24,000 nucleotides of DNA from Caldibacillus debilis DSM 16016. GTDB taxonomy: Bacteria; Bacillota; Bacilli; Bacillales; Caldibacillaceae. The stretch lies in assembly GCF_000383875.1 (NCBI RefSeq), contig NZ_KB912916.1, positions 19,955 to 43,954 of the forward strand, in the 5' to 3' direction. How positions within the stretch are numbered: position 1 is the first letter of the stretch; every line of letters starts with the position of its first letter. The position numbers were made by a program, and so were the translations under genes. This document shows, piece by piece, positions 1 to 8,291 of this stretch. Below the pieces are notes generated by a model. The model saw only the letters and a list, made by a program, of their open reading frames with translations, made no database searches and was not told the DNA's origin.

Positions 1-950
1 GCCGGGAAGAGGCGAGACTGTGGAACGATGTGTTTCTTTTCGCCCAGGAGGAACTCGGCATCCCGAGGGGGACCGTTAAAGCGACGGTTTTAATCGAGAC
101 GATCACCGCCGCCTTCGAAGCGGATGAGATCCTGTATGAGCTCCGGGAGCATAGCGCCGGTTTGAACTGCGGCCGGTGGGATTACATTTTCAGCGCCATC
201 AAAAAATTTCGCCGGCATGAGGATTTTCTTTTGCCCGACCGGGCGCAGGTGACGATGGAAGTCCCTTTTATGCGGGCCTACACCCTTTATGTGGTGAAGG
301 TGTGCCATAAACGGACCGTCCATGCCATCGGGGGGATGGCCGCGCAGATTCCGGTCAAGGATGATCCGGAGGCGAATGAAAAGGCTTTCGCCAAGGTCAG
401 GAAGGATAAGGAAAGGGAAGTCAAGGATGGTTTTGACGGCAGCTGGGTGGCCCACCCGGGATTGGTGCCGGCGGTCATGGAAGTATTCGACCGACATATG
501 CCGGGTCCCAACCAGATCGGCCGAAAGCGGGACGATGTGACGGTCAAAGCGGAGGATCTGCTCCGGTGGCCGGACGGAAAAATTACCGAGGAAGGATTGC
601 GGACCAACATCTCCGTCGCCCTGCAATATATCGAAGCCTGGCTCTCGGGAAAGGGCGCCGTTCCCTTGTTCCGGCTGATGGAGGACGCGGCGACGGCGGA
701 GATATCAAGGGCCCAGGTTTGGCAATGGATCCGCCATCCGAAGGGGAAATTGGAAGATGGCAGAAAAATCACGCTGGCATTGGTCCGGCAATTCATCCGG
801 GGGGAGCTGGAAAAGATCAGGAAAACCTTCGGAGAAGAGACATTCAAGCAAAAACGGTTCAAGGAAGCAGAGGAATTGTTTTCCAAACTGATCGAGGAAG
901 ACGAATTCATCGAATTTTTAACGGTTCCCGGATACGATTATCTCGACTAG
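1..950 (+). CDS. aceB: Malate synthase A, C-terminal ~315 aa (5' end outside window)
   Basis: The frame is open from base 3 ([34 protein letters not shown]...[15 protein letters not shown]), which is the typical malate synthase A core. Stop at 948-950. Isocitrate lyase follows 16 nt downstream. Confidence 0.9.
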   Translation, partial: REEARLWNDVFLFAQEELGIPRGTVKATVLIETITAAFEADEILYELREHSAGLNCGRWDYIFSAIKKFRRHEDFLLPDRAQVTMEVPFMRAYTLYVVKVCHKRTVHAIGGMAAQIPVKDDPEANEKAFAKVRKDKEREVKDGFDGSWVAHPGLVPAVMEVFDRHMPGPNQIGRKRDDVTVKAEDLLRWPDGKITEEGLRTNISVALQYIEAWLSGKGAVPLFRLMEDAATAEISRAQVWQWIRHPKGKLEDGRKITLALVRQFIRGELEKIRKTFGEETFKQKRFKEAEELFSKLIEEDEFIEFLTVPGYDYLD

Positions 951-966
951 AAAGGAGCATGTTGCC

Positions 967-2241
967 ATGAATCGAACGGAACAAATTCAAAAATTGAAGG
1001 AAGAATGGGCTTCGCCGCGCTGGGAAGGGATCACCCGCCCCTACGGTCCGGAGGACGTGGTGAGACTTCGCGGCTCCGTCCTGATCGAGTACACCTTAGC
1101 TAAGCTCGGGGCGGAGAAATTTTGGAAAATGCTTCATGAAGAAGATTATGTCCCCGCCCTCGGGGCATTGACCGGCAATCAGGCCGTCCAGCAGGTGAAG
1201 GCCGGACTAAAGGCGATTTACGTCAGCGGCTGGCAAGTGGCCGCCGACGCGAACCTGGCCGGCCATATGTATCCGGACCAAAGTTTGTATCCGTCCAATT
1301 CCGTCCCGGATGTGGTGAAAAAAATCAACCGGGCGCTGCAGCGGGCGGATCAGATCGAGCGGCTCGAAGGTAGGGAGGACACCGACTGGTTCGTCCCGAT
1401 CGTCGCCGACGCGGAAGCCGGGTTTGGCGGCGCGTTGAATGTGTTTGAACTTATGAAAGCCATGATCGAGGCGGGAGCGGCGGCCGTCCATTTTGAAGAT
1501 CAGCTGTCGTCGGAGAAAAAATGCGGCCATCTCGGCGGTAAGGTGTTGCTGCCGACGAAGCAGGCGGTGCGCCATTTGATTGCGGCGCGGCTTGCGGCGG
1601 ACGTGCTGGGCGTGCCGACCGTACTAATCGCCCGGACGGATGCCAACGGGGCCCGGCTGGTGACGAGCGATATCGACCCCTATGACCATCCTTTTTTGAC
1701 CGGAAAACGTTCCGAAGAAGGGTTCTATTATGCAAGGGAGGGAATTGACCAAGCGATCGCCCGCGGTCTGGCCTACGCCCCCTATGCGGATGTGATCTGG
1801 TGCGAAACATCGGAACCGAATCTGGAAGAGGCGAAGAAATTTGCCGAGGCCATTCATGAAAAATTCCCGGGCAAACTGTTGGCCTACAATTGCTCACCTT
1901 CGTTCAACTGGAAAAAGAAACTGGATGAAAGGACGATCCGAAACTTCCAAAAGGAATTGGGCAAGATGGGGTATAAATTCCAATTCGTGACCTTGGCGGG
2001 GTTCCATACGTTGAATCACAGCATGTTCGAATTGGCGCACGATTACCGCCAACGGGGAATGGCAGCTTATGCGGATTTTCAGGAAAGGGAATTCCTAAGC
2101 GAGGAAAAAGGCTACACGGCCACGAGGCATCAGCGGGAAGTCGGAACGGGATATTTCGATGAAGTGGCAACGGTTGTCTCCGGCGGAACCAGCTCAACCA
2201 TCGCCCTGAGAGGTTCCACCGAAGAAGAGCAATTCGTCTGA
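967..2241 (+). CDS. aceA: Isocitrate lyase
   Basis: 424 aa ORF. AAAGGAG Shine-Dalgarno (SD) at 951-957. Contains the isocitrate lyase signature KKCGHLGGK and conserved blocks (ARTDA, WCETS). Confidence 0.95.
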   Translation: MNRTEQIQKLKEEWASPRWEGITRPYGPEDVVRLRGSVLIEYTLAKLGAEKFWKMLHEEDYVPALGALTGNQAVQQVKAGLKAIYVSGWQVAADANLAGHMYPDQSLYPSNSVPDVVKKINRALQRADQIERLEGREDTDWFVPIVADAEAGFGGALNVFELMKAMIEAGAAAVHFEDQLSSEKKCGHLGGKVLLPTKQAVRHLIAARLAADVLGVPTVLIARTDANGARLVTSDIDPYDHPFLTGKRSEEGFYYAREGIDQAIARGLAYAPYADVIWCETSEPNLEEAKKFAEAIHEKFPGKLLAYNCSPSFNWKKKLDERTIRNFQKELGKMGYKFQFVTLAGFHTLNHSMFELAHDYRQRGMAAYADFQEREFLSEEKGYTATRHQREVGTGYFDEVATVVSGGTSSTIALRGSTEEEQFV

Positions 2242-2367
2242 AAACGAACGCCCAATTTCAGAATAATCGAAACCGCCTGTCGACGCAAGTCGGCAGGCAC
2301 CTGCGAAACGAAACAGGAACCGCCCGATTTTCCCTGCCGTCCCGAATTTCGAGATAACCAAGCCAAG

Positions 2368-2437
2368 AGAAGGCGCCCGTCTTTCCAATCGGCGTTTGGT
2401 GACACTTATGGAGGATCCGGTGCCTTCTCTTTTTTTC
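2368..2437 (+). terminator. Possible intrinsic terminator of aceBA (long-loop hairpin plus T7)
   Basis: AGAAGGCGCC (2368-2377) pairs with GGTGCCTTCT (2419-2428, one G-U pair), followed by C plus seven T (2430-2436). The 41-nt loop is atypical. Confidence 0.4.
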
Positions 2438-2645
2438 GTTGATCTGGAGAAACCGCAGAAAATTTTTCCGGCAGGACGGTGTATTCGGCCGGAAAGCCGG
2501 TGCCTCCGGAATGCCCGCGTGGTGTTGCATCTGTCTTTTCTGTCCTATCCGTGGGCGCCAGGACGCTCGAAAAGCGACATTTTTCCGAAGGGCGGGGACA
2601 CGCATGCGATGTTCGTCCCTGCTCCTCAAGAAATTCCATTCTGTC

Positions 2646-3034
2646 TCAGTCGCCGCGCCCCGGCACGGGAGATCTGAACGGATTGGCCGTTTTCGTCCCC
2701 TGATGAAAAAACATGCGCCATTCGCCGTCCTTGAATTTCCAAATGGAACTTCTCAACGTGTATTCCTTTTTTCTTCATTGAACAAAATATACGCGACAAG
2801 GACGACGTCATCGGCCAGCAGATGGACTTCAAACCGGACGATTTTCGTTTTCACCGGCCCAAGTCCGTTCTCTCCCAAGAAATCCGCTTTATACCTAACC
2901 CTTCCGGGACTGCCGAACTCGAAAAAATCATCTGAAAGCAGCCTGTCGATTTTTTCCGGCGAAGTCCGGACTTCCGGTATCAAAAGGTTTTCCAAAGCGA
3001 AGATACGGGCTTTCCATGCCTCAAGGTTTTCCAT
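2646..3034 (-). pseudogene. DUF4440 / NTF2-like (SnoaL-fold) protein gene interrupted by a 1-nt frameshift
   Basis: ORF 2753..3034 (MENLEAWKARIFALENLLIPEVRTSPEKIDRLLSDDFFEFGSPG...) ends at ...EEKRNTR*. A shifted frame continues with TLRSSIWKFKDGEWRMFFHQGTKT... to a TGA at 2646-2648. The junction is a 6-nt homopolymer at 2767-2772, and adding one A restores ...EEKKEYTLRSSIWKF... Confidence 0.7.
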
Positions 3035-3134
3035 TCCAATCCTCCCGCCAATTTTTCAAAATTATAACAAAATCTTGCGTTCACGTAGGATAAATCGGAA
3101 GCGAAAAAATTGCTTGCAATTTTGAAAGAAAACG

Positions 3135-3149
3135 TTGAAAACGCTGTCT
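3135..3149 (+). promoter_or_regulatory. Catabolite-responsive element (cre, CcpA site) overlapping the -35 box
   Basis: TTGAAAACGCTGTCT satisfies every fixed position of the published cre consensus WTGNAANCGNWNNCW. Confidence 0.55.
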
Positions 3150-3163
3150 GAAACCGTTATAAT
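3135..3163 (+). promoter_or_regulatory. Sigma-A type promoter of the nine-gene operon
   Basis: TTGAAA (3135-3140), a 17-nt spacer, then TATAAT (3158-3163), in an AT-rich region 58 nt upstream of the first ATG. Confidence 0.7.
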
Positions 3164-3165
3164 TA

Positions 3166-3189
3166 CAATATACAATATAATGTATATTG
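3166..3189. promoter_or_regulatory. Perfect 8-bp inverted repeat at the predicted transcription start; candidate operator
   Basis: CAATATAC (3166-3173), spacer aatataat, then GTATATTG (3182-3189), immediately downstream of the -10 box. Confidence 0.4.
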
Positions 3190-3220
3190 AAAATTAATAA
3201 AGTGATGGGAAGAATCGACG

Positions 3221-4303
3221 ATGTTTGAAGCCAATGACCGATTGCGTTCGGCCATAAGGGAATTGGGGCGGTCCGTCGTCTCGGTGAATCCAAAAATCGC
3301 TGAAGAATTAAAAAGCAAAGATCAACCTTTATTCTATTTCGGAGTCAAAGACACAGACCAGATCCCCGACACCGTCGTGGATAAACTGAGGAGGCACAAA
3401 AATTTTATTTGGCTGACGGTAGACAAAATGGCGGACAGGGGCCGGGCCATCGACACGGATTTGATCAATCCGCTGACGTACCGGGTAATGACCGGTTCGA
3501 CCAGCGGCGGACCCATCAATATATTAAAGGGCATCACGGATTTTGCCGTCGGCACCGACGGCGGGGGTTCCGTTTTGGCGCCCGCCATGAGCTGCCAGCT
3601 GCCCGCGGTTATCGGTGCGGGTTTGGGATTATTTGTCAAAAAGAGAAAAGTTTCCGCCGACGGGATTGAATTTTCAGGAAGCATCGGCGTCATCGCAAAG
3701 ACGGTTAAGACGCTGACGATTGTGATGGAATATTTGACAGGCAAACCGCTGACCGGTTCGGAAAAAAAGAAATGGAAAATCGTGATCCCGAAAAAAGGTT
3801 CGCTCATTTGTCCGGACGGGACGGATATGAACGAAAAAGTCCTTTCTTATCTTTCAAAAATCAATGAAAAGGAATGGGTTTTCGAGGAAGCGGAAATGAC
3901 CGGGACCGATGATCGGAAAACAGGAATTCAGGTGATTAAAAAATATTTATATGAAAATGATGCGGACTTGATCGTTACCTGTGAAGGACCGGTCGATGTT
4001 TTCGGGTACGGCGAAACATTGCCGAAGTTTTTTGGAAAGACCGGAGAAAAAATCACGCAAAATCACGGGAAATATTTGCTGAGGGCCGCGAACATGTGCC
4101 AAACAACGGCGATTGCCGTTCCCGTGGACCAATTGGCCAGCGGTTTGCTGATCATCGCGAAAAAAGGGGAAGAACAGGCGCGGATTGCCTTCGATTTCGC
4201 ATTAAAAATGGAAAAAATCATCCGGCTGCCTGAAATTTGGCGGAAGCTTTTTCTGTCGGGGAGCGTCAGTCGAGACGGATTCCATTTTCAAGAAGAAAAA
4301 TAA
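3221..4303 (+). CDS. Amidase-signature (AS) family protein, unusually short (360 aa)
   Basis: Motifs FGVKD (candidate catalytic Lys), GSTSGG, and GTDGGGSVLAPA (compare the AS consensus GGSSGG ... GTDxGGSIRxPA). First gene after the promoter. 19-nt gap to the next gene. Confidence 0.7.
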   Translation: MFEANDRLRSAIRELGRSVVSVNPKIAEELKSKDQPLFYFGVKDTDQIPDTVVDKLRRHKNFIWLTVDKMADRGRAIDTDLINPLTYRVMTGSTSGGPINILKGITDFAVGTDGGGSVLAPAMSCQLPAVIGAGLGLFVKKRKVSADGIEFSGSIGVIAKTVKTLTIVMEYLTGKPLTGSEKKKWKIVIPKKGSLICPDGTDMNEKVLSYLSKINEKEWVFEEAEMTGTDDRKTGIQVIKKYLYENDADLIVTCEGPVDVFGYGETLPKFFGKTGEKITQNHGKYLLRAANMCQTTAIAVPVDQLASGLLIIAKKGEEQARIAFDFALKMEKIIRLPEIWRKLFLSGSVSRDGFHFQEEK

Positions 4304-4322
4304 GTGCGGGGAAGGTGGAGCG

Positions 4323-5255
4323 ATGAGCCGAGTTTGGGAAAGCCTCTACTCAAAAAACGGATTGGCGGCCAAGGAAATCGCCAAACAATTAATTTCAATC
4401 GAAGAAGGGGAACGGATTCCGCGAATCCAGGACTTTGAAAAGGATTTTCAGTTCGGGCGCGGCACCATTCAAGGGGCATTGAAAATATTGGAAAATCTGC
4501 GGGCGGTCCGTTTGGAATCCAGGGGCCACTTAGGCACATTCCTGGTGGCAAAGGATTTGGACCTGTTAAAAGAAATCGCCGGAATCGGTTCCATCATGGG
4601 AGCGATGCCCCTGCCGTATTCGTCCTTGTACGAAGGCTTGGCGACGGGGATCCTCGAAGCGTCAGAAAATATGTTGAGCAGGATCGATTTGGCGTACATG
4701 AGAGGGTCGAAACAAAGACTGCACGGGTTGAAGGCCCGTCGGTATGACTTTATCGTATTGTCCCAATTGGCTGCGGAAGAAGAAATCAAAGAAGATGACA
4801 GCTTGCAGATTGCCGTCAATTTCGGCCCGAGAACCTATGTCACGGCCCACCAAATCTTTTTCGCCGATCCTTCGAACGACCGCATGAAAGATGGCATGCG
4901 GGTGGGCATCGATTTTACATCCATCGACCAATCCCGGCTGACGGCGTTGGAATGCGAGAATCTGGATGTCCAATTGGTTCCGATCAATTACATGCAAGTT
5001 TTTGAGATGCTGCAAAAAGGCTCATTGGATGCCGCCGTTTGGAACGTTGACGACACGAGGACAAACAAAGCGTTCAAAAAGGCCGATTTTCGCTCGGAAA
5101 AAGCCAAGAAATTGTCGGAAAAGGCCACATCCGCGGTCATTTTAATCGAAAAGGACCGCTCGGAAGTCCTGGAATATTTATCGAATCTTGACGTTCAAAA
5201 AATTACGCGGATTCAACAAAAAGTAGTGAAAAAAGAGATTATCCCCCATTATTAG
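4323..5255 (+). CDS. YhfZ-like transcriptional regulator (N-terminal GntR-like winged HTH plus YhfZ C-terminal domain)
   Basis: 310 aa. GAAGGTGGAG SD. The N-terminus IPRIQDFEKDFQFGRGTIQGALKILENLRAVRLESRGHLGTFL looks like an HTH. Size matches E. coli YhfZ (~300 aa), and the gene sits with the other yhf homologues. Confidence 0.7.
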   Translation: MSRVWESLYSKNGLAAKEIAKQLISIEEGERIPRIQDFEKDFQFGRGTIQGALKILENLRAVRLESRGHLGTFLVAKDLDLLKEIAGIGSIMGAMPLPYSSLYEGLATGILEASENMLSRIDLAYMRGSKQRLHGLKARRYDFIVLSQLAAEEEIKEDDSLQIAVNFGPRTYVTAHQIFFADPSNDRMKDGMRVGIDFTSIDQSRLTALECENLDVQLVPINYMQVFEMLQKGSLDAAVWNVDDTRTNKAFKKADFRSEKAKKLSEKATSAVILIEKDRSEVLEYLSNLDVQKITRIQQKVVKKEIIPHY

Positions 5256-5312
5256 ACGAAGTGCGAAAAGGTTTTGCTTACGGTTGATACGATACCCATC
5301 ATGAGGTGAAGG

Positions 5313-5750
5313 ATGGTCATGCGATTTCAGGAGCTTACAACCCGGCTGGAATTGTTGCAGGAACAGGGTCTGATCAATGAGAAGGTTTGCCGTGTAACGG
5401 AATCCGTTTTTGAGGAATTAGCCAGATTAGTGAAAAAGGACAGCATCGAGCAGGCGGAAATGGTATTTACCCATTTGCCTTTGGCGTTGATGCGGATCGT
5501 CAACGGGGAAAACATTGATCGGCCGGATCCGTTCATATTGGAAGAAATGAAAAGATCCGAACATTTTCCCGTTGCCGAGACCCTGGTCCATTTTATCGAA
5601 AAGCTGTGGGAAAAGTCTTTGCCCCAAGGGGAAAAAGACTTCCTATATATCCATTTCATCAATTTATTAAATATCAATCAGGGAGGTGATGAACTTGAAG
5701 ATTGTCATCGGGGGACAAGTGGAGAAGAAGGCGATCGAAGAAAAAATTAA
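5313..5750 (+). CDS. PRD-domain-only protein, YhfY-like
   Basis: GAGGTGAAGG SD (an alternative ATG lies at 5319). Helical protein with a conserved His context (FTHLPLALMRI) typical of PRD modules. The last ~18 codons overlap the next gene. Confidence 0.65.
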   Translation: MVMRFQELTTRLELLQEQGLINEKVCRVTESVFEELARLVKKDSIEQAEMVFTHLPLALMRIVNGENIDRPDPFILEEMKRSEHFPVAETLVHFIEKLWEKSLPQGEKDFLYIHFINLLNINQGGDELEDCHRGTSGEEGDRRKN

Positions 5751-6054
5751 AGAAATCGATCCGTCGATTGAGACAGTGATCAAGTCGGATCTGGAAGCCG
5801 CGATGGCGATGAAAACCGGGCAGGCGGACTATTATTTCGGAGCCTGTCATACCGGAGGCGGCGGGGCATTGGCCATGGCGATCGCCTTGATCGGCAGAGA
5901 CAAGTGCGAAACGGTGTCGATGCCCGGGAAAAAACCGAATGAAGAAAAGGTCATCGAAGCGGTAAAAAACGGTAAAAAGGCCTTTGGCTTCACTGCAGAT
6001 CATTTGGATTTGGCGGTGCCTATGCTTATTAAAGCCATAAAAAGCGCGAACTAA
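5695..6054 (+). CDS. DUF2620 protein, YhfU-like
   Basis: The ORF track starts at 5686 (GTG). GGGAGG at 5681-5686 favours the TTG at 5695, giving (M)KIVIGGQ. About 120 aa with the motif YYFGACHTGGGGALAMAIALIG. Confidence 0.7.
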   Translation: MKIVIGGQVEKKAIEEKIKEIDPSIETVIKSDLEAAMAMKTGQADYYFGACHTGGGGALAMAIALIGRDKCETVSMPGKKPNEEKVIEAVKNGKKAFGFTADHLDLAVPMLIKAIKSAN

Positions 6055-6065
6055 GGAGGGGTTGT

Positions 6066-7358
6066 ATGGAAACGTTATTTGTTGTGCTGATTGGAGCGAT
6101 TGCCGCGGTTTTGGCGAACAGAAATATCGCCGTGTTCAATGACGGTCTTCGCCCCATTGTTTCCGAGCATATTGAAGGAAGATTAAAACGAAGGGAATTG
6201 GCTTTGACCGCCTTTGCGATGAGCTTCGGATTGGTGATCGGTTTCGGGATTCCCTTCACTTTAACCGCCAGCATTATTTTAATTCATAGCATTTTGTTAG
6301 GTACGGATATTATCGGGCTGGTCACGCCGAAAAACAAATGGGGAACCCCGGCGGCGGCGTTGATAGGCGGCCTTTACGGCTGGGGGCTGGTCGTCGGCTT
6401 GGAAGGTTTTGTTAAGTTATTTAAACATTTGCCGTTAAACTTCCTGGATCCGCTGGGGCAAGTGGGAACACCCGTAGTGGTGACTTTTATGGCATTTCCG
6501 GCGCTGGCGGTCGCCATGCAGTTCAGCGTTAAAAAAGGAGTCATCACGTTTGTCACGGCTGCCATCGCCAGACAATTGGCGGTTTTCATCAACGAAAGCG
6601 GCGTTTTCAAAATAGGCGGGAACGCAGTTACGTTAAACCAGGAAGGTATTGCATTGATTGTCGGAATGATTTTCCTGTTTGCCTATGCCATGAAGGAAAA
6701 GGCGGATGAAGGTTCCGGCGTGGATTTGGCTTCTGTCTTCAGTGAAAAAGTGATTTCCATTAAAAAGAATGTCGTTTATTTGGTCATCATCGGCGCTTTG
6801 ATTGCCGGCGCCACGAATTTGGTGTTGATGGCCGGAGACCCGATCTCGCTGAACCTGCTTGCGGAAGGGAAAAAGACGGATGCTGGGATTGCGGCGGTTG
6901 CCAGGGCTATCGGGTTTATTCCGCTGATTGCCAGCACGGCGATTGCCACCGGTGTGTATAGCCCGGTAGGTTTTACGTTCATCTTTGTCGTCGGTCTGTT
7001 TTCCCCGAATGTTTGGGTTGCGGTGATCTTGGGCGGACTGGTCATTTTCATAGAAGTCATGCTTTTAAGTGTAGTTGCCCGGTTCCTTGATAAGTATCCG
7101 GGAATCCGAAAATCCGGGGAAAATATCCGCAACGCCATGACGAAATTGCTGGAAGTGGCCTTGCTGATCGGAGGAGCCAATGCTTCCAACATGATTGCAC
7201 CCGGCTTCGGGTTCTTCTTCATCGCAGGATTTTATTTGTTAAACGAAGCGGCCGGACGCCCGATCGTCAGGATGGCTGTCGGTCCTGTCGGAGCGATTGC
7301 GGTCGGAATCATCGCCAACATTCTTGTAGCATTAGGCATCATGTCGGTACCCAAATAA
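6066..7358 (+). CDS. Polytopic membrane protein, YhfT-like (putative permease)
   Basis: 430 aa. AAGGAGGGG SD. Hydrophobic segments are visible throughout. Size and position match E. coli YhfT. Confidence 0.7.
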   Translation: METLFVVLIGAIAAVLANRNIAVFNDGLRPIVSEHIEGRLKRRELALTAFAMSFGLVIGFGIPFTLTASIILIHSILLGTDIIGLVTPKNKWGTPAAALIGGLYGWGLVVGLEGFVKLFKHLPLNFLDPLGQVGTPVVVTFMAFPALAVAMQFSVKKGVITFVTAAIARQLAVFINESGVFKIGGNAVTLNQEGIALIVGMIFLFAYAMKEKADEGSGVDLASVFSEKVISIKKNVVYLVIIGALIAGATNLVLMAGDPISLNLLAEGKKTDAGIAAVARAIGFIPLIASTAIATGVYSPVGFTFIFVVGLFSPNVWVAVILGGLVIFIEVMLLSVVARFLDKYPGIRKSGENIRNAMTKLLEVALLIGGANASNMIAPGFGFFFIAGFYLLNEAAGRPIVRMAVGPVGAIAVGIIANILVALGIMSVPK

Positions 7359-7376
7359 TGGCTGGAGTGATTCATT

Positions 7377-8291
7377 TTGATACAAACGGTCAGAGGAAAG
7401 ATAAAAAAAGAAGAATTAGGTGTTTGTGCGGCCCATGAACATCTGATTATTGATCTATCAAAAATAAAAAAAGATCCGGACACCATTTTGGACAATGAAG
7501 AAGAGGCGGCTGCCGAATTGAAACGGTTTTTTCAAGCCGGCGGCCGCTCCTTGGTCGAATTGACCAATGATGGAATGGGCAGAGATGTTTTGCGGTTAAA
7601 AAAATTAAGTGAGCTTACCAATATTCATATTATCACTTGTACCGGATTCTATAAAGAGCCGTTTATCCCTGAATTTGCAAAAGGGTGGGACCGGGACCGT
7701 TTTGCGCACCATTTTATTACCGAAATAAGGAACGGCGTGAACGGAGTCTTTCCTGGGGTTATCGGGGAAGTGGGAACGAGTTTGAATCAAATCACGCCGT
7801 TGGAAAAAGAACTTTTGCTGGGTGCGGGGCAAGCCGCATTGGAAACGGGGTTGACGGTTTCCACCCATACCACCTTAGGGACGATGGGGATTCGGCAAGT
7901 GGAGCTGCTTTTCGGGCTTGGACTCCCCAAGGAACAAATTGTCATCGGCCATCAGGATTTAAACCCCAATAAGGAAGAAGTTTTAGAGGTGCTGAGTTCC
8001 GGAGTTTATATCGGATTTGACACCATTGGAAAAAACAATTACAGGCCGGATGAAGCAAGAATGGAATTTTTGCTTGACTTTATCGAGAGGGGGTACCATA
8101 AACAAATTCTCCTCTCCTGCGATTTGACCCGGAAATCCCATTGGAAAATGAATGGCGGAATCGGATATGACTATGCTTTGTCTCAATTTATCCCGGCCTT
8201 AAAGGAACGGGGAGTTACGGATGATATCATCGAAGATCTCCTCGTTCACAATCCAGCCAATGCATTTTCCATAAAGGAGCCTGTGTCATGA
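7377..8291 (+). CDS. php: Phosphotriesterase-homology protein (amidohydrolase-superfamily binuclear-metal hydrolase)
   Basis: TTG start with a GGAGTG SD. The N-terminal metal motif AAHEHLIIDLS resembles E. coli Php (LAHEHLHIDLS). 304 aa. Confidence 0.85.
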   Translation: MIQTVRGKIKKEELGVCAAHEHLIIDLSKIKKDPDTILDNEEEAAAELKRFFQAGGRSLVELTNDGMGRDVLRLKKLSELTNIHIITCTGFYKEPFIPEFAKGWDRDRFAHHFITEIRNGVNGVFPGVIGEVGTSLNQITPLEKELLLGAGQAALETGLTVSTHTTLGTMGIRQVELLFGLGLPKEQIVIGHQDLNPNKEEVLEVLSSGVYIGFDTIGKNNYRPDEARMEFLLDFIERGYHKQILLSCDLTRKSHWKMNGGIGYDYALSQFIPALKERGVTDDIIEDLLVHNPANAFSIKEPVS

